Shown here in pieces: positions 59,512-63,288 of a stretch of 63,288 nucleotides of DNA. Each line of letters begins with the position of its first letter. The first letter of the stretch is position 1. This stretch comes from Patescibacteria group bacterium. GTDB lineage: Bacteria; Patescibacteriota; Patescibacteriia; 2-02-FULL-49-11. The notes beneath the pieces are model-generated. The model was not told the origin of the DNA and searched no databases. It saw only the letters and a program-made list of their open reading frames with translations. Location of the stretch: positions 1 to 63,288 of the forward strand of contig JBFLWV010000058.1 in NCBI GenBank assembly GCA_040757655.1, given 5' to 3'. The translations under genes and the position numbers were made by a program.

Positions 59512-59565
59512 ACGTGAACCAACGCGAAGCAGGTTGTCAAGGGGGATACGATGGAGGGAAAGGTG

Positions 59566-59660
59566 GTAGCGTGGCAGCTTGTCTGCCACCGATCGCTCGA
59601 GTCATAGGCAAGCTATGACGCTACAGGTAATTATGTCGGAGATGAACTCCGACGCTACAC
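59566..59660. repeat. REP/BIME-like mosaic hairpin element, copy E
   Basis: GTAGCG-TGGCAG-cttgt-CTGCCA...TCATAG-gcaag-CTATGA-CGCTACAGG...GTCGGAG-atgaa-CTCCGAC-GCTACAC. Lies between convergent tatD and the antiporter gene. Confidence 0.8.
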
Positions 59661-59680
59661 TATTGATTAGTGATTAGTTA

Positions 59681-61105
59681 CTAAGATGAAGAGGGAGATT
59701 TTTTCAGCAGATAGGTGAGGATGGGCGGCGTGAGCAGGGTGGTGAGGATAACCATGATGACAATAACCGAATAGGTGGTGTCAGATACCACCCCCAATCC
59801 CTTGCCGATGGTGGCAAATATCAAACCTACCTCTCCCCGCGGCACCATACCCCATCCCACCAGCGATTTGCGCACTTTTCCTGCGGCAACGCAGGAGACG
59901 ATTTTTCCGATGAAGGCTACGGCGGTAAGGCCCAAAGCGACTAGGAGCACCGGTACATTGAAGAGCGTTTCCAGCTTTACTCCGAATCCGGTCATGACGA
60001 AAAATATGGGGACGAGGAAGTAGCTTAAAGGTTCAATGATGTCTTCCACGTGGCGCTGTGCATGCTGTTCAAGGGTAAACGTGAGCCTATCCTTGTGCGG
60101 CTGGGGTATGTCCATGGAGATTTCCTGAATATCGTGCACGATGTGCGCACTTTTGAAATAACGGAAATGCACGGGATCAAGCACGAGGCCTGCGGCGAAC
60201 GCGCCGACAATTGGCGCGAGCCCGATGAGGTTCGCACAGTAAGCAAAGATAAGGCCGAAGGCAATGGCGAGCGTGAATTTCATGCCCACCCCGGTGTGGA
60301 TTTTGGAAAGCGCTTTCCCCAGCAGCGGCGCTGCCAGTTGTCCCACGATAATGGAGCCTGCAAGGAAGAGCACCGCTTTTGCGGTAATCCACGAAATCGC
60401 GCCAATGCTTACCGCGCCTACGCTCACGATTGCGGATACCACCGCGAGAATGATAAGGCCCAGCACATCGTCAATGACCGCGGCGCCGAGTACGATTTGC
60501 GCTTCCGGTGTTTGCAGTTTGCCGAGATCTCTGAACACGCGGGCGGTGATGCCTACTGACGTCGCCGTGAGGGTTGCGCCAAGAAAGAGATACGCATTAG
60601 AGCTTAATCCCGGCAACAGCCACGGGCCCGCCACGTAGGTGCCCAGCACAAACGGCGTGATGACGCCCACTACAGCCACGAGGAATGCCCGCATACCCAC
60701 CTTAGCCATTTGTTTGATATTGGATTCAAGCCCTATCTGAAATAGGAGAATTACCACTCCCAGTTCAGCGAGGAATGTTATGATGGCATCCTGTTTAAGG
60801 GGATCAAGCACATGGATGCCTAAAAGGGCTAAATTGCCGAGGATGACGCCGATGACCAATTCGCCCAAGACCGAGGGCTGTCCCCAGCGCTCAATTAAGC
60901 TTGAAAGTTTGGCGGCCACCAGTATGATCGCGATCCAGAGGAAGGTGAGCGCAAAATTATGGTTTGCCGCCTCCCCGCTTCCTCCTTCTGAAGCAAATAA
61001 AAGTATTGGTAAGAATGCAAAAAGAAATGCCAAATATCTTCCTATCCTCGCGCGTTTTAACCATGCAGGAGTCGGCATAAGATGGGTGGAAATTTTTTTA
61101 TTCAT
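59681..61105 (-). CDS. cation:proton antiporter (CPA2/Kef-type)
   Basis: ~12 TM. QPSVLGELVIGVILG and TLTATSVGITARV are typical of the Na_H_Exchanger family. Confidence 0.8.
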   Translation of the reverse strand: MNKKISTHLMPTPAWLKRARIGRYLAFLFAFLPILLFASEGGSGEAANHNFALTFLWIAIILVAAKLSSLIERWGQPSVLGELVIGVILGNLALLGIHVLDPLKQDAIITFLAELGVVILLFQIGLESNIKQMAKVGMRAFLVAVVGVITPFVLGTYVAGPWLLPGLSSNAYLFLGATLTATSVGITARVFRDLGKLQTPEAQIVLGAAVIDDVLGLIILAVVSAIVSVGAVSIGAISWITAKAVLFLAGSIIVGQLAAPLLGKALSKIHTGVGMKFTLAIAFGLIFAYCANLIGLAPIVGAFAAGLVLDPVHFRYFKSAHIVHDIQEISMDIPQPHKDRLTFTLEQHAQRHVEDIIEPLSYFLVPIFFVMTGFGVKLETLFNVPVLLVALGLTAVAFIGKIVSCVAAGKVRKSLVGWGMVPRGEVGLIFATIGKGLGVVSDTTYSVIVIMVILTTLLTPPILTYLLKKSPSSS

Positions 61106-61231
61106 AATGCTATATAGCAGAAGAAGCCGCGGGGCTTCTTTGTTTTTAATAAATTGTATGCAACCAAAAGGTATGGTAGCATAGGAGACATACCATGTAA
61201 ATACTTATTTTCAACGTGTCCGATATAATAT

Positions 61232-62176
61232 ATGGGAACCACTGTCATAATTATCATCGCGGTGCTTATTGGGTTTATCGGTGTGGCGGTATTTGTGGCG
61301 AAAAAATTGAAAAGCTTGGAAGAGAAACAGAAAGGCGACCAAAGCCTTTTGATGTTGAACCAGAATTTGCAGGGCATGCAGGCGCGGATTGACGAGACCA
61401 CGCGCGCCATCAACGAGCGGCTGGACAATGCCGCGAAGGTGGTCGCGGGGGTTGCCAAGGAGCTGGGCGCCGTGCAGGAAATGGGCAGGGGCATGAAGGA
61501 TTTACAGGATTTCCTGCGTTCGCCGAAACTCCGCGGCAACATCGGCGAGCAGGTGCTGCGGGATTTGCTCGAGCAATATTTTCCCAGAGAGCACTTTGAG
61601 TTGCAATACACGTTTCAGTCAGGCGAGCGGGTTGACGCTATTTTGAAAACCGACAAAGGTTTGATCCCGATTGACTCGAAGTTTCCCATGGAGAATTTTG
61701 CCAAGATTCTGAAAGCGGAATCAGATGGGGAGAGGGACGCGTTGCGGCGTGAATTTGTGAAGGACGTGAAGAAGCACGTGGATGCGATTGCAAAGAAATA
61801 CATCCTACCGCAGGAGGGGACCGTTGATTTTGCGGTGATGTATGTACCGTCCGAGTCTGTGTATTACGAAATCATCCGCGATGAGGGAGACCTTAATAAT
61901 TATGCGAATGGGAGAAAGGTATTTCTCGTGTCGCCGAATTCATTCTTTTATTTCCTGAAAGTCATCATGATGGGCATGGAAGGCAAGCGCATCGAAGAGC
62001 AGGCGAAGAGGATTCTTGAACTTTTAATCGCGATGCAGCAGGATGCGGGGAAATTTGGTGAGACTCTGGGCGTGGTAACGACCCATGTGACCAACGCGAA
62101 AAACGCGGTTGACCGCGCGAATACGGAGTACATGAGGCTGGCGGGGAAGATTGAACAGGTGAGGATGCTTAAATAA
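61232..62176 (+). CDS. rmuC: DNA recombination protein RmuC
   Basis: N-terminal TM plus coiled coil, then RGNIGEQVLRDLLE...IPIDSKFPME...VMYVPSESVYYE. Confidence 0.85.
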   Translation: MGTTVIIIIAVLIGFIGVAVFVAKKLKSLEEKQKGDQSLLMLNQNLQGMQARIDETTRAINERLDNAAKVVAGVAKELGAVQEMGRGMKDLQDFLRSPKLRGNIGEQVLRDLLEQYFPREHFELQYTFQSGERVDAILKTDKGLIPIDSKFPMENFAKILKAESDGERDALRREFVKDVKKHVDAIAKKYILPQEGTVDFAVMYVPSESVYYEIIRDEGDLNNYANGRKVFLVSPNSFFYFLKVIMMGMEGKRIEEQAKRILELLIAMQQDAGKFGETLGVVTTHVTNAKNAVDRANTEYMRLAGKIEQVRMLK

Positions 62177-62245
62177 TGACCGGTGTATGAGTCGTTGTGG
62201 CAACTACTCACTCACCGTCCGTCACTGAGTTACGTATGATGCGTT

Positions 62246-63160
62246 ATGACCATACCGAATCTTCCCACCTATCTGGGTGACCGGCGCATGCCGATTGAAA
62301 AATTGTATGCTTCGTATGCACCCTTGGATCGCGCGGGATGGAAACGAGAATGTATCTTTCTTCAATCGTTCATTTTACGCGGAATGCAGTATACCCTCCC
62401 GATCTTATCTTATCGCAGTGTACGAAAAGGACCAGCGTTATGGTTTCTCGCGGGGGTGCATGGTGAAGAACCTGCAGGTCCCAATGCGGTGGCGCAGTGC
62501 ATTGCGTATATAAGGGAGTTGGGGGAAAAAGTTCCAGTGGTGCTGTTCCCATTATTAAATCCTTCCGGTTATCGCCGCAATTGGCGCTATCCAGATCGGC
62601 GGTACCGGCCGCGGGATAATAAAAGTTTCCAGAGCGTGAGCGATGCTGAGCATGTGCTATTGGATCTCGCGCATCCTCATAAACCCCGTCATCGCGCGCC
62701 GTCTTCAGTGCTTGCCGCGCGCATGATTAACGCTATCTTACAGATTAGTAAGCAATACCCGCCGAAGCTGGTATGTAACCTCCACGAAGATGTGAGCAAT
62801 GTAGATCCTTATATTTACGTAAATAGTGCGCGGGGGGCGGAGGACCCTGTGGCGCGGGAGGTCGTGAAGATTATCAGACGCCATGGGTTTAAATTAAAGC
62901 AGCGCGGGAAGGTGTGGAATGGGGGAATGAAAGTTGAGGTGCAGAATGGCATTGTCGCAAACGTCAATGACGGATCAGTGGACGAGCTTTTGAGTGCAAA
63001 AAAGATTTATCTCCACGGCAAGGTCGTGCGCGGCCCTTCTGCCAAGTGCGCGGTGGTGGTGGAAACTAAAGCTCTTCATGTACCGCTTAAAAAGCGCGTA
63101 CAAGTTCATGCGGCAATCATTAAATCACTTGGACGTTTTTGGAGCATGCTTACGAGATGA
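62246..63160 (+). CDS. M14-like zinc carboxypeptidase / AstE-AspA (succinylglutamate desuccinylase) family protein
   Basis: LWFLAGVHGEEPAGPNAV (HxxE zinc motif) and a later LHED segment. Confidence 0.5.
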   Translation: MTIPNLPTYLGDRRMPIEKLYASYAPLDRAGWKRECIFLQSFILRGMQYTLPILSYRSVRKGPALWFLAGVHGEEPAGPNAVAQCIAYIRELGEKVPVVLFPLLNPSGYRRNWRYPDRRYRPRDNKSFQSVSDAEHVLLDLAHPHKPRHRAPSSVLAARMINAILQISKQYPPKLVCNLHEDVSNVDPYIYVNSARGAEDPVAREVVKIIRRHGFKLKQRGKVWNGGMKVEVQNGIVANVNDGSVDELLSAKKIYLHGKVVRGPSAKCAVVVETKALHVPLKKRVQVHAAIIKSLGRFWSMLTR

Positions 63161-63166
63161 GTATGT

Positions 63167-63288
63167 TCAAGTCCACGAACATAATTGACAGTCAATAAGA
63201 GCTTGTTTTGCGTGTGAAAGTTCGACCGTTTGGGTTAGTTTGGCATCGATAAATTTCATCAGCGCTTCGATTTGTTCCTGTCGTTTCA
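63167..63288 (-). CDS. 3' end of an unidentified gene (partial, continues beyond window)
   Basis: An open frame from the window edge reads ...KRQEQIEALMKFIDAKLTQTVELSHAKQALIDCQLCSWT and stops at TGA 63167-63169. Too short to assign. Confidence 0.3.
   Translation of the reverse strand, partial: KRQEQIEALMKFIDAKLTQTVELSHAKQALIDCQLCSWT

Overview
The 63.3-kb window holds about 56 protein-coding genes. I found no rRNA, tRNA or CRISPR array by eye, and ORFs are long under the standard code, so there is no sign of stop-codon reassignment. Housekeeping genes include polA, ligA, gatC-gatA, ileS, metG, glyQS, recO, rmuC, rsmI, tatD and a DedA-MurB fusion. There is also a type IV pilin/pseudopilin operon with a prepilin peptidase and a giant PKD/DUF2341/LamG surface protein. 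Other content: two GT-C-type membrane glycosyltransferases (DUF2723, YfhO-like), a sugar-modification cluster, a PaaX/Cas2-like regulator, VapBC and HTH-Doc toxin-antitoxin modules, and an archaeal-type PEP carboxylase. This content fits an uncultivated Patescibacteria/CPR-like bacterium, but that is inference only. Genes at 742-37580 are almost all on the minus strand; genes at 37797-59511 are on the plus strand. Three things stand out. (1) ileS carries about 240 extra codons in-frame that contain a histidine-phosphatase (PGAM-like) domain with RHG and SHG motifs. (2) Several short repeat families saturate the window. Heptamer-unit simple repeats form long inverted repeats between genes and also sit in-frame inside essential genes (ileS, polA, ligA, tatD and others). 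A perfect 20-bp palindrome GGGCGAACGGCCGTTCGCCC is inserted in the same codon phase in three unrelated housekeeping genes. A REP/BIME-like mosaic of small hairpins bounded by GTAGCG/CGCTAC occurs at five intergenic sites with compensatory stem changes. (3) Several unusual architectures or loci deserve checking: DedA-MurB, NYN-Zn-ribbon-cold-shock protein, a membrane-anchored Clp/Hsp100 ATPase with a DnaJ-type zinc finger and a degenerate D1 Walker B, a PaaX/Cas2-like gene framed by a 4-copy 30-35 bp motif next to 570 bp of ORF-free DNA, and two orphan ~300-nt plus-strand transcription units. All protein calls come from motif recognition by eye; no database search was run.
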